A stretch of DNA of 64,000 nucleotides from Octopus vulgaris. Lineage: Eukaryota. A model generated the notes under the pieces. The model worked only from the letters and a program-made list of their open reading frames with translations, was not told the origin of the DNA and ran no database searches. The stretch is taken from NCBI GenBank assembly GCA_951406725.2, contig OX597824.1, positions 41,726,001-41,790,000 of the forward strand, in the 5' to 3' direction. The translations under genes were made by a program, and so were the position numbers. This document shows, in pieces, positions 14,075 to 28,504 of this stretch; position 1 is the first letter of the stretch, and every line of letters begins with the position of its first letter.

Positions 14075-14555
14075 ATTGGTTTCTCTATTTAGCCACAAGG
14101 AACTCCTAAAAATGGGAAAAGTAAGGAGAATGATACACATAGACAATGGAATACGTGAAATTACGTAACATATAACAATTAAGATAAATTCTGCATTAGC
14201 AAATGTCCCACCCAGCATGCCCCGATTGCCAAGGGCATCACAGGCTGGTGGCCCTGTATTCTTAATTCCTTCCAGCTTATTAGTGCATATTCAGAGTAGG
14301 TCAATTCACACGGACCAGCCTGTCCATATTCGATAAGATTACTGGGGTGGTGATGGGAGTGCAGCACTTCCATCTACATCCTCACTCCCCTTCCAAGTGG
14401 AACTTTAAAACGTCGGTGTGGCCTGGCCGAAGAAAAAATGCTTTCAGCCCTTTCCACCATACTGTTTCTTTTGCCATAACTACCGGGCAGAGGAAGACTT
14501 CTAGCCCATCTCGGACAAAAGAACTCAAGGCCAGTAACTTCAAAGGATAGGCGTA
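14075..14555 (-). mobile_element. L1/Tx1-like LINE 3' end
   Basis: Minus ORF VFLCPVVMAKETVWWKGLKAFFL...LKFHL parallels the 5.98-6.1 kb peptide; tail ccttgtggctaaatagagaaa. Confidence 0.6.
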
Positions 14556-14994
14556 AGTCAGTACCATCGACCCAGGACCTCACTGGTACTTTCTTTCAAC
14601 TATCCAGAATGGATGAAGGGTAAATATTTCACAATGCAGAGCCGGAACAAATACTTTAAAAAACATATTCTGCCATCACAATAAATTTGAACACAGTAGT
14701 TATCATCTGGCGTTTTAAGTTATTGAAACAAAGCATTTACAACAGAGTCTGATAAAGAACATGCATCCAAAGTTCTGAGCTCCAGTGTGACACCAATATA
14801 TATAAACACTTATACAGTAAGCACATATCCACTTTTGCTTTTAAAACGTCAACGTTATAACAAGAAGTTAATCAATGCCTCATGTTTAGTGAGTTTATGA
14901 CCAATTTTACAAGCTGGCATTTCTGTATGACATCTCAATAATTATAAATATAATGTATATATATTATTGTGCTGTCTTTATTCTGTTCTTGTAT

Positions 14995-15370
14995 GTATTT
15001 CAGTCATCCTACAGCGGCCAAGTTGGGGCATCACTTTGAAGTGTTTAGTCGGAAAAAAATCAACTAGTATTTATTTTTTAAAAATCTGGTACTTATTCTA
15101 TTAATGTCTTTTGTCAACTGAATCGTTATGTTACGAGGACATAAACAAACTAACATCGGTTGTAAAAAAGTTGGGTAGATAATCAGAAAGACACACATAC
15201 GACGGGATTCTACATAGTTTCTATCTATGAATTTCACTCACAAATCATTACACGGCCCTGGGTTATAATAGAAGATACTTGCACAAAGTGTCACGCAGAC
15301 GAACCGAACCTGAAACCATATAGTTGCAAAGTGAAATTCTTAACCATACAACTATGTCAGCGCCTATATA
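14995..15370 (-). mobile_element. SINE family B, diverged
   Basis: Reverse complement aligns by eye to 60844-61313. Confidence 0.7.
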
Positions 15371-16544
15371 TGTATTTATATAAACTTATAATTTACAAAC
15401 GCCACCAATTGCAATATCAGTCTATATACGATGATAACTCATCAAAGTCACACATACATCATCATCATCATCCTCTTCGTAATTCTACTTCCACACACTC
15501 CTTCTTTTCCTTCTTATTCTGCTTCTCCTCCCCCTCATCGTCATGTTCCCTTCTCTTGACTGTGGAATTGTCGTCATCATCCCCATAAACAACACAACCA
15601 TGTTTATTAATATAAATCTGGTACTCGTGTTTCACCCTTCACTTCCAATCGCTATAACCAACAATGATTCTATCATAATGCTCATTCGTAAAGGAAAATA
15701 ATAGTATTTACATTTTTATTTCACTCACAGCCAGGATTTGTAATATTTAAATTTATATCAGTGCTGATTTACGCTGTGTTGTACACAAAATAAGTATTGC
15801 TTAATTAGTGGCGAACTGTAAAAAATACAAGTATGCAATTTAGGCTGTCCTCTAATATGGTGGCTTAATTTATGACTGATATGAATTTTATAGATTGAGG
15901 AAAGAACCATGTACATCGTCCTGTGTGTGTTTATAACTTATATATATATATATATATAATAAATTTATATGTAAGAAAATGTATGTATGTACGTACGAAT
16001 GTACATATGCATGTGCGAGTGTGAAATTTACTAGTCTATGACCTAATTCATTAAGCCATTTCCCTAAACGGGAAACACCGAAATGTATATATATATATAT
16101 ATATATATATACATAATTCTCTGCCGAAATTGTTCTGTGTGTATGTGTGCGTGTGAAGGCATAAGTGGCAGTACATATGTTTAGAAAACCAAGAGTAATT
16201 AATTAGTTTACTTTGTGGTGTGTTATTTAATTATCGCCACTGAGCAACTAATCAAGAAAACAGCACATGTTATTGGCTGCATCGCATATAATAGAGAATC
16301 CAAACCGATTCACAATGGTGAGAATTAGCACGATGAGCCACAGCTATTTGTTTAAGAACTAAATCAAAGAACAAACATCAATATATATATTTACACCAAA
16401 TGTGATAAATGTGAATATATTTTCAAGTTTTGTACTGATGTGCTGTTTCTTCTGTTAGATTCTTGAGCTCTTCATACGTAGATATATACACGCATGCATT
16501 GCATACGCGCATGAATAAGACAAAACAGTTCCAAACATACGTAT

Positions 16545-16906
16545 ATTCTTTTATTCTTTTATATGTGTCAGTCATTTGAATGCGGCCATATTGGAGCACT
16601 GCCTTTAATTCGAACAAATCGACCCCAGGATTTATTCTTTGTAAGCCTTAGTACTTATTCTGCCAGTCTCTTTTGCCAGACTACTAAGGTACGGGGACGT
16701 AAACACACCAACATCGGTTGTCAAGCGAAGGTGGGGGACAAACACAGGCACAAAAACAATATATATATACACGTATATATATATATACGAAGGGTTTGGT
16801 GGACCTGTGGCTATGGTAGAAGACACTTGCCCAAGGTGCAGTGGGTCTAAACCCGGAACCATGTGGTTGGTAAGCAAGGTACTACCACACAGACACTTAT
16901 GCGCCT
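16545..16906 (-). mobile_element. SINE family B (tRNA-like head, internal TA microsatellite)
   Basis: Reverse complement matches 60844-61313 (gtggtaag..accaaccacatggttccggg..ccttgggcaagtgtcttcta..tgacaaccgatg..cctggggtcga). Confidence 0.85.
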
Positions 16907-17325
16907 ATATATATATATATATATATATATACACCCACTAAAACAAGCTATTACCTTCTGGCCCAGGTTTATACTAATATTAACAACAAAATAATATTCA
17001 GACTGCTGAGATGATTTGAAAACACGACACCTAATAACCCAACGGTATATCTTTTCTACTCCTCGGACGAGATTTTGTCTAATACAATGAGTTAATTATT
17101 GTAATTTGGTCTTTTAGGATAAATTGAAACAGCTGTAAGAGAATATGTTGGATTTTTTCAGATAATAAATTACATTAATGCTACATCTCCCTTTTCTAAA
17201 TTTTCTTTTATATATAGACAATTGAAATAAACAAACAATTAGAAACTGAGAAAAAAAAGAAGAAACGAACATGAGGATATGCAGAAGAAACACAAATTTG
17301 TCGCTCGGTGAAGGAAGTGAGTTGT

Positions 17326-17361
17326 TGTTAATGTTTCGAGCGTAGCTCTTCGTCGGAAACA
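17326..17361 (-). ncRNA. Degenerate minimal type-I hammerhead ribozyme in a Penelope-like repeat
   Basis: UGUUU-CCGACGA-A-GAGC(UAC)GCUC-GAAAC-AUU-AACA; two departures from the consensus core (U4>C, G16.2>A). Confidence 0.55.
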
Positions 17362-17749
17362 GGCAAGTCCAAAGAGAAAGGAAAAGTAAGGAAAAGTGAG
17401 GAAAAATCGCTGACAGTCGACGTGCGGTTACATTTCTGAAATGACCGGAAGTAGAAGGAGAAAGAGAAAGTGGTTTATGGGACAGGAGTGTGTGAAGGTG
17501 GTCGGTATGTGTATTTCTGTGTGTGGCAGTAACTGCGTGTGTGTGTGTGTGTGTGTGGTGTGTGGTAGCGTGTGTGCGTGTGGTGGTGACTTTGTGTGTG
17601 TGTGATAGTAACTTTGTGAGTGTGTGGTAATAACTGTGTATGTGAGTCGTCTGTGTGTGTGGTAGGCTCTGCTGAGAGGTCAATCATAAGTCAGCAGCTA
17701 TAGTGAAAGGTGTTTGAATGGATGGGTGTGGTTGTGTGTGTATGTGTGT

Positions 17750-17791
<42 letters not shown>

Positions 17792-18241
17792 ATGTATGCA
17801 TTGACGGAGTGGTCAGTAGTGAGTGAGCAGCAGTCTGAAAGGTGTATGAATGGGTAGGTGTGACTCTGTATGTGTGATGTCATGTGAGCGTAGACGGAAT
17901 GGGAGTGTGCGAATGTGTGTGTGTATGAGCATGTGTATGGGTGCGTGTGTCTGTGTGTATATGCACATGTGTATGGGTGCGTGTGTGTGTCTCTGTGTAT
18001 ATATACATGTCTGTATGTGTATGTACGTCTGCGCGTGTGGATATGTGTTTACGTGTGTACGTGTGGGTATGTTTGTGCGTGTATATGTGTGCATGTGTGT
18101 GTACGTTGTATGTGTGTTGTGTGTGTGTGAGGTATATGTGCGTTCGTGTGTGTGCGCGTGCGTATGTGTAGGGTTGTGTGTGGTTTTGCACCTATAAAGC
18201 GCTTAGCCGTTCGGATATATGAACTACTGATGATGTAGATA

Positions 18242-20120
18242 TTAGGCAGGGGTCGAAACAGCCATTTTTAAAGAACCTTAATTCAATGGTATGCACAGAG
18301 TTTCAAGCAGTATTTTAAATAAAATATATGAAAATTAGGGTTATGTGACCTAGTACCCCTCGCATACACCGCCCCCGCCACAATTAAATACTCTAATTTT
18401 CTACATTAATCATATAATCTCCAACACATATATACTAAATCTTTATGAATATGAAACATTTTATCATATATCACAGTAGAAACCTTGTTTAAATTTAAAA
18501 CATCTGATAAGTAAAGACAGCAAAAAAAAAAAAAAAAAATGAGATATAAGACAATTAGTAGGTAGGTACCCCTCCAACATGGTAAAATTACAACTTTTCA
18601 ATATGTGTTAAATGAATTTTTTTACGAAAATGTATACACTTGTTAAATGATTTCGTTTCGTTTTTCAGATTATTTCAGAGCTAAATTGTATTATGATTTT
18701 AAAAAAAAAATACTTATATAAGTTAAACTGTAATAATTTAAGTATATAAGATTATATAATGGCAACTAGAAGTAAAAGCCGTATTTCAGCATTTGGATTG
18801 CTTGCAGAATTTCCTGCAGCAATAACTCCATCAAAGGCTGATGCATTCCGACATTATTTATACATAGGAAAACGTGAAGAACAGATATCAAATACTTCGC
18901 CCACAGTGAAAGAATGCTACCGGATTGTTGCTGCAGATGTGTAAACGATATGGGACAAATTTCCTTTTACTTATATTGGGTTTGAGGGAATAGCTCCAAA
19001 AATTTAGAGATTGGTTGAATCTGCTTACAAATTAAACAGAATACTTATCAAGCAAAGAGGAGATAGTTTTGATATGAAATTAGAAGAGTTCAATGAAAAC
19101 CTGCACGTGTTATGACAAACAAATGAAAAGATCTGACTGTCGTAGCCAATATCTCTTCCTTGTCACAGCCAAGGAGTCAAGCATGCTATCAATTTAGTGA
19201 CAAAAGCTTCTGAAGTCAGAATAGGCTGCGAAAATAGGCACAGAATCATATCAAATGAACAGAAATCAAGACAAAGTTTACCTCACTGGAAAAGACAACG
19301 GTCATTTAATTAAATAGTAAATGCTATTAAGGCTTATTTTATGATGTTCACTGTTCATGTATTTCGTTTGAGGTTCGTGCTTAGTTTTTTGTATTGCCTA
19401 TCATAATAATCATGTTGATGTGGAGGCGCAATGGCCCAGTGGTTAGGGCATCGGTCTCGCGGACGGAGGATCACGGTTTCGATTCCCAGACCGGGCGTTG
19501 TGTGCGTTTATTGAGCGAAAACACCTAAAGGCTCCACGAGACTCTGGCAGGGGGTGGAGACGACCTCTGTTGTATTTTTTCGCCTCAACTTTCTCTCACT
19601 CTCTTTTCCTGTTTCTTGAGTAACGCTGCAATGGACTGGCGTCCCGTCCAGCTGGGGAGAACACATACGCCACAGAAACCGGGAAACCGGGCCCATGAGC
19701 CTGGCTAGGTTTGAAAAGGGTGCATAAAAAAATAAAATCATAATAATCATTAAGATTTTACGTTTTTTCTTTTACTTGAAAATGCTTTTCAGAATATAGG
19801 TTTTTTAAAATAAAAACAATTAACACAAACTATATAAATAAATAAAGATTCCAATACCTTTTTTCAGGTGGTGGTGGGGTTGCATATAAGTTATAAAATG
19901 TTATATAAATAACATTTAACCAATACAAAGCTAATAGTATTAAATCAAGTTTACTGTTCCTTACATTTTCAATATCCAAAACGCAGAATTAGGGGGAGGG
20001 TGGATATGTGAGGGGTAGGGGTATCGCATACTTTTTAAAATTTATTAAGTTTTTTTCTCACACCAAAATGAAATCCATGCAATATGTGGAATCATAATAT
20101 AAAATTTCGGCCCTTACTAA
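18242..20120 (+). mobile_element. Internally deleted hAT-like (hATm-type) DNA transposon
   Basis: TIRs ttaggcaggggtcgaaa / tttcggcccttactaa; inverted subterminal tacccctc(g/a)cata motifs (~18354, ~20010); 8-bp flanks tgtagata/tatacata (6/8 identical); N-terminal remnant at 18759 and C-terminal PCHSQGV..INLVTKAS motif at ~19155-19210. Confidence 0.6.
19414..19736 (+). mobile_element. tRNA-derived SINE (family A head, V-domain-like tail) with 14-bp TSD
   Basis: A box tggcccagtggtt, B box-like ggtttcgattcc; ctgcaatggactggcgtcccgtccag block; TSD atcataataatcat at 19400-19413 and 19737-19750. Confidence 0.9.
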
Positions 20121-20150
20121 TATACATAATAATATAGATGTGTGTGCATG

Positions 20151-20612
<462 letters not shown>

Positions 20613-20769
20613 TACTTATATATATGGATGTATGTGTATGTGTGTGTGTGAGCGTAATTTTTAATGCTGTAGGCATCATCTATTGAATATTTCCATGCTG
20701 TTTGTAAATTAAAATGTAAAGTCACACGCACCCGGACATACAATATTTTTATGATAGCATATTTGTATG

Positions 20770-20825
<56 letters not shown>

Positions 20826-21220
20826 CATATGGGTGTGTATAGAATATATAGTTTAATTAGAGCTTGTTATTAACAATAATTCACATTAATACAGAAGGAT
20901 AGTGTAGTGCTCGTTGTGAGCCATATTCGAAATAATATTATTATGGAAGCAACACAGGCGAAGTCTAAAAGAACATAATTGAAATACGCATGGAAATAAA
21001 ATTCCAAAATACACAAATATATATAAATAGACAATATCAATGCAATGTATAAAATACGATTTAATTTAAATAAAAACGATTGAATTTAAGAAAATATCAT
21101 TTGTATTTTATTTCCATTTTATAAAGAATATATATATTATATAAATTTTGGATGCGTATTTCAATTATATTCTTTTAGACTTCACCTGCGTTGCCTCCAT
21201 AATAATATTATTTCGTATGA

Positions 21221-21269
<49 letters not shown>

Positions 21270-21286
21270 GAGAGAGATCCAGGCAC

Positions 21287-21352
<66 letters not shown>

Positions 21353-21355
21353 GTT

Positions 21356-21396
<41 letters not shown>

Positions 21397-21460
21397 ATAA
21401 AAATGGTAAGACAACAAAGGAATGAAAGAGACCTCGATATTATGTAAATAGAGGAATTTA

Positions 21461-21522
<62 letters not shown>

Positions 21523-22382
21523 ATATATATATTTATATATATATATGTATGCATGTATATGTGTGTGTGTGTGTTTGTGCATATATATGAATGCATTTAG
21601 ATTTATGCGTGTGTAGTGAATGTGCACATACGTATATTTGCATATGAGTATGAATATATACAAATATGTGTTTATGTGTATGTGTGTTGATGTATGTATA
21701 CATGTATGTGTGTGTATATATACGTGTGTGTGTATACTCCCCATGCATCAGCGCATACAAATATATTGTGCATATAAAGTGAGAGCGCAGTCTGACTACA
21801 CTAATTCCAGACGCAGTCAGCTAGCTATCCCAAAACCCAGACTGCCAGACATCCACCCACCCATGCACCCAGTCTCCCAGCCTCCCAGCCAGCCTGCCAG
21901 GCAGTCACCCAGCTACTGAGACATGCAGATATTCCAGCATCTTGACAATCCGATATCCAGTCACCTAGTCTTCCCGAAATCTTTCAATAGGTGTTCATTG
22001 TATGACTCATGGCCGTGTTATTGACTTAGACGGCACGCGTCCTCATCCTGCGTAAGCTTCCGGACGGGTAGAAAAAAAAAATATGGCACGTAAGGTGAGA
22101 GGTATGAGTGGATTGAAGATGTTAAAAAGAGAAAAAAAGAGAGATATAGATAGAGAAAAGGTGGTGGTGGAGGCGGAAGAGGGAAAGTTAAACGGAGGGA
22201 AAAGGATATTGGCGAAGAAAGGTGAAAGTAATGTGATGGAGAGTGGGGAGGTGGAGAGTGTGTGGAAAGGAGAAGATGAGCAAAAAGGAAAGAAAAGGAG
22301 AGGGTGGAAAGAGAAAGAGAGAATGTCAAGCCAAGATAAGGCAAACAATGTATATATATATACATATATAATTTACACACAC

Positions 22383-22830
22383 ATACGTTCATCCCATAAA
22401 TAATGCAGTTTACTTTATACTTCTTTTATTTTTCAAAATTAAGATAAAGTTCTTTTTTTAATCTAAAATATACTCTCCTTCATTTTCTACAATGCTCTTC
22501 TATTTATCTGGCAGACTTGCAAGGCCCCTCTTCAAAAATTCACTTCTCCTGACAAAAGATACTCCTCCACTATTGTTCTGACCTTGTCTACAGAATTCAT
22601 ATTTTTTCCGACCAAATGATTTTGAAAACTGTGGAATAAATGATAATCAGATGGGGCAATGTCCAGCGAATATGGTGGGTGGGGCATCGTTTCCCATTCA
22701 AACTGCCCCAGCCTTTGAAATATCATCCTCGTTCTATGTGGCCGAGCATTATCCCGATGGAAGAACACCTTTCGTTTTGAAATCAAAAATGGTCATTTTT
22801 CTTCTAGTGCAGTTGTCGATAAACGGTCAT
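22383..22830 (-). mobile_element. Mariner 3' fragment with TIR
   Basis: FFHRDNARPH...PHPPYSLDIAPSDYHLFHSFQNHL (DD34D C-terminal motifs); terminal ta-cgttcatcccataaataatgc. Confidence 0.88.
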
Positions 22831-22957
22831 CCATTGTATTCTGTTTCTTTTATCCTAAGTTTTGTGTAATTTGAAGATACTTTGACTGTTATTTCCAGTA
22901 GACTGAGTGATTGTAAAGAGACACCTAGATACTTTGAGTTATATGTATGATAACAAA

Positions 22958-23353
22958 GGTGGTGAACTGACAGAAACGTTAGCACGCCGGGCGAAATGCT
23001 TAGCGGTAATTCGTCTGCGCTACGTTCTGAGTTCAAATTCCGTCGAGGTCGACTTTACCTTTCCTCCTCTCGGGGTCGATTAAATAAGTACCAGTTACGC
23101 ACTGGGGTCAATATAATCTACTTAATCCGTTTGTCTGTCCTTGTTTGTCCTCTCTGTGTTTAGCCCCTTGTGGGTAGTAAAGAAATAGGTATTTCGTCTG
23201 TCTTTGCATTTTGAGTTCAAATTCCGCCGAGGTCGACTTTGCCTTTCATCCTTTCGGGGTCAATAAATTAAGTACCAGTTGCGTACTGAGTCAATCTAAT
23301 CGACTGGTCTCCTCCCGCAAAATTTCTGGCCTTGTGTCTAGAGCAGAAAAGAA
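22958..23353 (+). mobile_element. SINE family C, dimeric (A+B monomers)
   Basis: tRNA-like head with B box gagttcaaattcc; central gtcgactttgcctttcatcctttcggggtc..aagtacc block present twice; tails ccccttgtgggtagtaaagaaat and ggccttgtgtctagagcagaaaagaat. Confidence 0.9.
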
Positions 23354-23471
23354 TATGTATGATAACAAAAAAAAAATCATAATTTCATAATTTAATCGGA
23401 AATTAGAGTGAAGACAGTAAGGACGTGTAAAAATATGGTCGCACAAAAAAAAAACATAAAACAATACTTAA

Positions 23472-23690
23472 TTGGTTTCAAATTCTGGCACAAGGCCAGT
23501 GATTTCTTTGGAAGTGTGTAACCCGATTACATGGACCCCGCGTGTTCAGCTGGTAGTTATTTTATCGAGCCACGAAAGGATGAAAGGCAAAGTCAACCCG
23601 GCAGCATTTGAACCCACAAAGTAAAATCTGAAGAAATGCTGGTAAGCATTTTTCTCCGGTGATGTAACGATTCAGCCAAGCTCGCCGCCA
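23472..23690 (-). mobile_element. SINE family C monomer, diverged
   Basis: cgaaaggatgaaaggcaaagtcaa...gctcgccgcc. Confidence 0.8.
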
Positions 23691-24785
23691 TTCCATTATG
23701 TAATTATTAGCACAGTTGCATACGCGTAAATTTTGTTCTTGAATTTGTCTGCGCCAAATTCTTTACAACAATGTTTATTAATCCACCCACCCAACAATCG
23801 CCCAAGTTAATTTTCCTGTATCTCTGATTAGGTCTCAAAGGTCACAGATGAAGAAAAGAAAAGAAAAACAGATATTTTATTCCTGTTTGGAAATGATAGA
23901 ATATATAAAAGTTACTGTTAGTGACAGCTGTCTCAAAAACACCAAAACAATAATTTATTAAATAAAAACCCTTCATATTTAAAATTAATCACAAAATGGA
24001 GGAAAACTCTCCGCTCTCTCTCGTCAAGAAAATGGTGGGCGATGTTCACAATGAAATTGGTTGGTAAGCGAGTAGGTTCAACACGCAAAAACTGCTGTTT
24101 GACATAACTTTACAAATCAACAATGTCCCAGCACGGAAGCAGCGTGCAGAGAACGGTTTCGTCGCATGCGCATCCTTCGCGCATCTCGGATATGTGCGGT
24201 TGATGGCGCTGTCGTGCATGTGGAGTTTATATCGGACAGACAATGCTTTTTCTCACCTAGTAGGACTGTCCAACCAGAGATTTGTTGTGACAATTTTGAT
24301 TTTTAATTCAAATGCATTCTAAGCAAATAATTTTTTTAGAAATCTGTACTGTTGTTTAATACCAAGTTAAGTTTGAACGAGAAAACTTAAAATCAATCTC
24401 TGCCCAGCCAAGAAGGACATTCCAACAGTATTAATGCCATCATTTTCCTTCACGCATGGGACCCGGGGACACGTTAATGTTCTTTCTAATCATGGGAATA
24501 AATAAATAAGAAATAAATTTTACTGCTGTTTATCAATTGAATCTCTTCTCCATTTTCTTCCTTGCCTTATATATATTCTGGATTAACTTTTGTTTACCTC
24601 CACTTGTACGTATTATTCAATTGTACAATTGCCTTGCAACAATAAGCAATAGGTATCCCTCCAGTAGTATATTGGATATTTATTATCCCTTAGATGGTTG
24701 TCTAAACTCTAACTCCTATATACATAATTATATATGTATATACATACATATATATATTTGCATATACATATATATATATATACAT

Positions 24786-24875
<90 letters not shown>

Positions 24876-25002
24876 TCTTTTATGCTTTTACCCGTTTCAG
24901 CCATGCGGCTGCGGTCATGCTGGAGCACCACTGTGGTCTTGCTGATTTCCTCAGTCTGATGTGTTTCACATCACCACGCCTGTATGTGTTTATATATATA
25001 TG

Positions 25003-25310
<308 letters not shown>

Positions 25311-26138
25311 TAAATAAAAGTTTAAATCCTGTTTTTTTTTCTGTTTAGAGAAATATAGTTTGGCTACTTAGAATAAAAATGTCAAACTTAGTTGAGAGTG
25401 TTTACACTTGTCTATTGCAATGTCCTCTTTTCTTTATCGATGTGTAGGAGTTTTAAAAGCAGTAACATTTTCTGGGGAATGGCACAAAATGATGCATTTC
25501 ATCAAGAAACTAATTTTATCAGAAAAACACACCATTAATTTGCAATAAAAACCAGCTATCGACTTATCCATCTCTAAACAAAAACAGTAAAAAACGATTT
25601 ATAAATAATATATAAAGCGCAAAATGAGTTAGAATAAAGAAATAGATGTGTCATCTTTCTAACAAAAAAAAAAAAAAGATTGTCAAAATATAATGGCGCA
25701 AAATTAGCAGCTGTCAAAGTTTGCCGTATACCTTACTACAAATTTCATACTTGACAATCTAATCCTAATCCAAAGAGCCAGTCCTCGATGATGTGATGTT
25801 TTAGATTCATATCATAATCCATTATTCATAACATCCAACCTCGATAGCGAATACAACAAACAAATTACTTATCATATCCAATAGGTTGCAAATGCTGTTA
25901 TAAACAATAATACAAATATTATATTTCAGATATAATTTTATTGCTTGGTCGCTGTGACGTAATTGATACCTGATACTTTCAATTTTTTTTTCTCATTCTA
26001 TTATTTAAAAAAATTAAGTAACAAATAAAATGGTGTTACAATAAAGAATGTAGAGATATCAAGAATAATTACTTGCCTGAAGTGCTACAAGGAAGAATCC
26101 AGTGACCTCGTTTTCGAGGACTAATATATAGGTACATG

Positions 26139-26940
26139 ATGGTAGCGAGTTGGCAGAAACGTTAACACACCGGGCGAAATGCGTAGCCGTATTTCGTCTG
26201 CCGTTACGTTCGGAGTTCAAATTCCGCCAAGGTCGACTTTGCCTTTCATCCTTTCGGGGTCAATAAATTACGTACCAGTTACGCACTGGGGACGATATAA
26301 TCGACTTAATCCGTCTGTTTGTCTCCTCTGTGTTTAACCCCTTGTGGATTGTAAAGAAATAGGTATTTCGCCTGTCTCTGAGTTCAAATTCCACCAAGGT
26401 CGACTTTGCCTTTCATCCTTTCGGGGTCGATAAATTAAATAGCAGTTGTATACTGAGGTCGATCTAATCGACTGGATCCCTCTCCAAAAGTTTCGGGCCT
26501 TGTGCCTAGAGTAGAAAAGAATATATAGGCACAAGAAAGTAATGAACTGGCAGAAACGTTAGCACGCCAGGCGAAATGCTTAGCGGTATTTCGTCTGCCG
26601 TTACGTTCTGAGTTCAAATTCCGCCGAGGTTGACTTTGCCTTTCATCCTTCCGGGTTGATTAAATAAGTACCAGTTACGCACTGGGGTCGATATAATTGA
26701 TTTTCCCGTTTGTCCGTCCTTGTTTGTCTCCTCTGTGTGTAGCCCCTTGTGGGTAGTAAAGAAATAGGTATTTCATCTGTCTTTACATTCTGAGTTCAAA
26801 TTCCGCCGAGGTCGACTTTGCCTTTCATCCTTTCGGGTTCGATAAATTAAGTACCAGTTACGTACTGGGGTAAAGTTAGTCGACTTCTCCCCAACCCACG
26901 CCCAAATTTCGGTCCTTGTGCCTAGAGTAGATAAGAATAT
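26139..26940 (+). mobile_element. Two tandem SINE family C dimers (4 monomers)
   Basis: Four copies of the gagttcaaattcc..gactttgcctttcatcct block; heads at ~26139 and ~26537. Confidence 0.9.
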
Positions 26941-27152
26941 ATAGGCACAAGGCCTGAAATTTTATGGGAGTGGAACTACTCGATTAGGTCGATCCTCACC
27001 CCAGAGCTTGACTGATACTTATTTTATCGATTCCGAAAGAGTAGACTGCAGAGACGACCTAGGGTGAATTTGAATCGGAACATAAAGCTGGAGGAAATGC
27101 TGCCAAGCCAAGCATTTTTTCTGGCGTGCAAACGATTCCGCCAGCTACCTCC
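26941..27152 (-). mobile_element. SINE family C monomer, diverged, tail-to-tail with the array
   Basis: ataggcacaaggcctgaaatttt...ttatcgattccgaaag...gattccgccagct. Confidence 0.7.
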
Positions 27153-27394
27153 TTAATTAGGTTCTAACAATAATATATAACCCAGGCATAAATTTATCTT
27201 GTGGAAGAGAAATTCTGTAAAATGGACCCCCATAAGGATGGAAAACATTAGGCAACTACAGAGAGAAATGTACTCAGAAGAGTCGTGACTAAATATATTT
27301 TATCCCATGTTCCATCAGTTCTGCCAGTAAACTGTATTCATGGATTAGTTTTTCATTATGCATTTGCTTGTGTGTGTGTGTGTGTATGTGTGTG

Positions 27395-27451
<57 letters not shown>

Positions 27452-28504
27452 CGCGAGGGAGAGAGTGTGTGATATTGCTATTGTTTGGCATTGATTGACC
27501 AAAATTTTGATCAAAAGCATTTCGACCTTGACCATTCCGTTCTTTTGTATATCTAGATCAAAATTCTCAAAGACAAGTGCAGTAACAGAAAAAAAGCAAA
27601 CAAAGAAACGAAAAAACAAAAAAGCGTAAACCGAACAATAAAAACGAGTTCTGAGGTGAATGAGGGAAAATACAAAACGAAACAAATACGTATGTGTGTA
27701 CATAGGCGTATGTCTTTTGACTTAGCGACAAGTTTGAGGGAAGTTGTGAGAAAGAATACTAATAGGAACGATAATGTGCCTTTTGGCCTCGAGCTAAAAC
27801 AAAACGAAAAATTTAGATAAGCTCAAAGCTAGAAAAAAGGAAGCGGTTAACTAGTCCAGTGGTCAGTTCAAAGAAAGACTAAGTAGCATGAAAAACAGGA
27901 AGAGGGAGGCCTTGTAGTGCCTTATTGGAGGAGAGAGAGAGCAAAAAAGTGCACGCGAGTTGAGAGGAAAATAGAAAGTGTGAGAGAGGAAGGGCTGCTG
28001 CAGAGGCAAAACAGGACAGGAAGGGAAGAAACGAAGAGAGGAATATGTAGAAAGAGAGATTAATGGACACATAGATACAAAACTAGAAGGATAAGCAGAA
28101 GGATGTAAGGAGAATAAAATGCATCGATGTGAACAGTGAAAGAAAGGTAGGAATAATAGAAAAAAAGGTAGAATGATAAGTATTAAGAGAGAATGTATTA
28201 GGGAAGTAGGTTGACAGATGAAGCAATAGGAAGTAGGTATAAACAAAGAAGGAAGGAAAGATAGGGAGATGGATCAGAAGTTGTCGCATGATAATGCCAT
28301 TGGGGGAAATACATTCATAGCGTTACAATAAATAATAATGTAAACGGAGGTTCAGAGGGTTACAAACATGCTAAACCTTTCATTTGTTGCCGATCAAGCA
28401 CTATCACAATTTCGATACCATGTGACAAAATAAACAAGGTGCGTATATATATCTAAGTATGTTGTACTGAAACACTTGTACAACTGTAAATAGTCTGATT
28501 ATCC

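Noticed and set aside
19421-19495. tRNA gene candidates (also 37165-37239, 22958-23045, 60845-60915)
   Set aside because: A/B boxes run on into SINE bodies and there is no proper acceptor stem; these are SINE heads
24000-24480. CpG-rich stretch with a Cys-containing minus ORF and a TTAA end, suggesting piggyBac
   Set aside because: No matching second TIR or convincing transposase motif found
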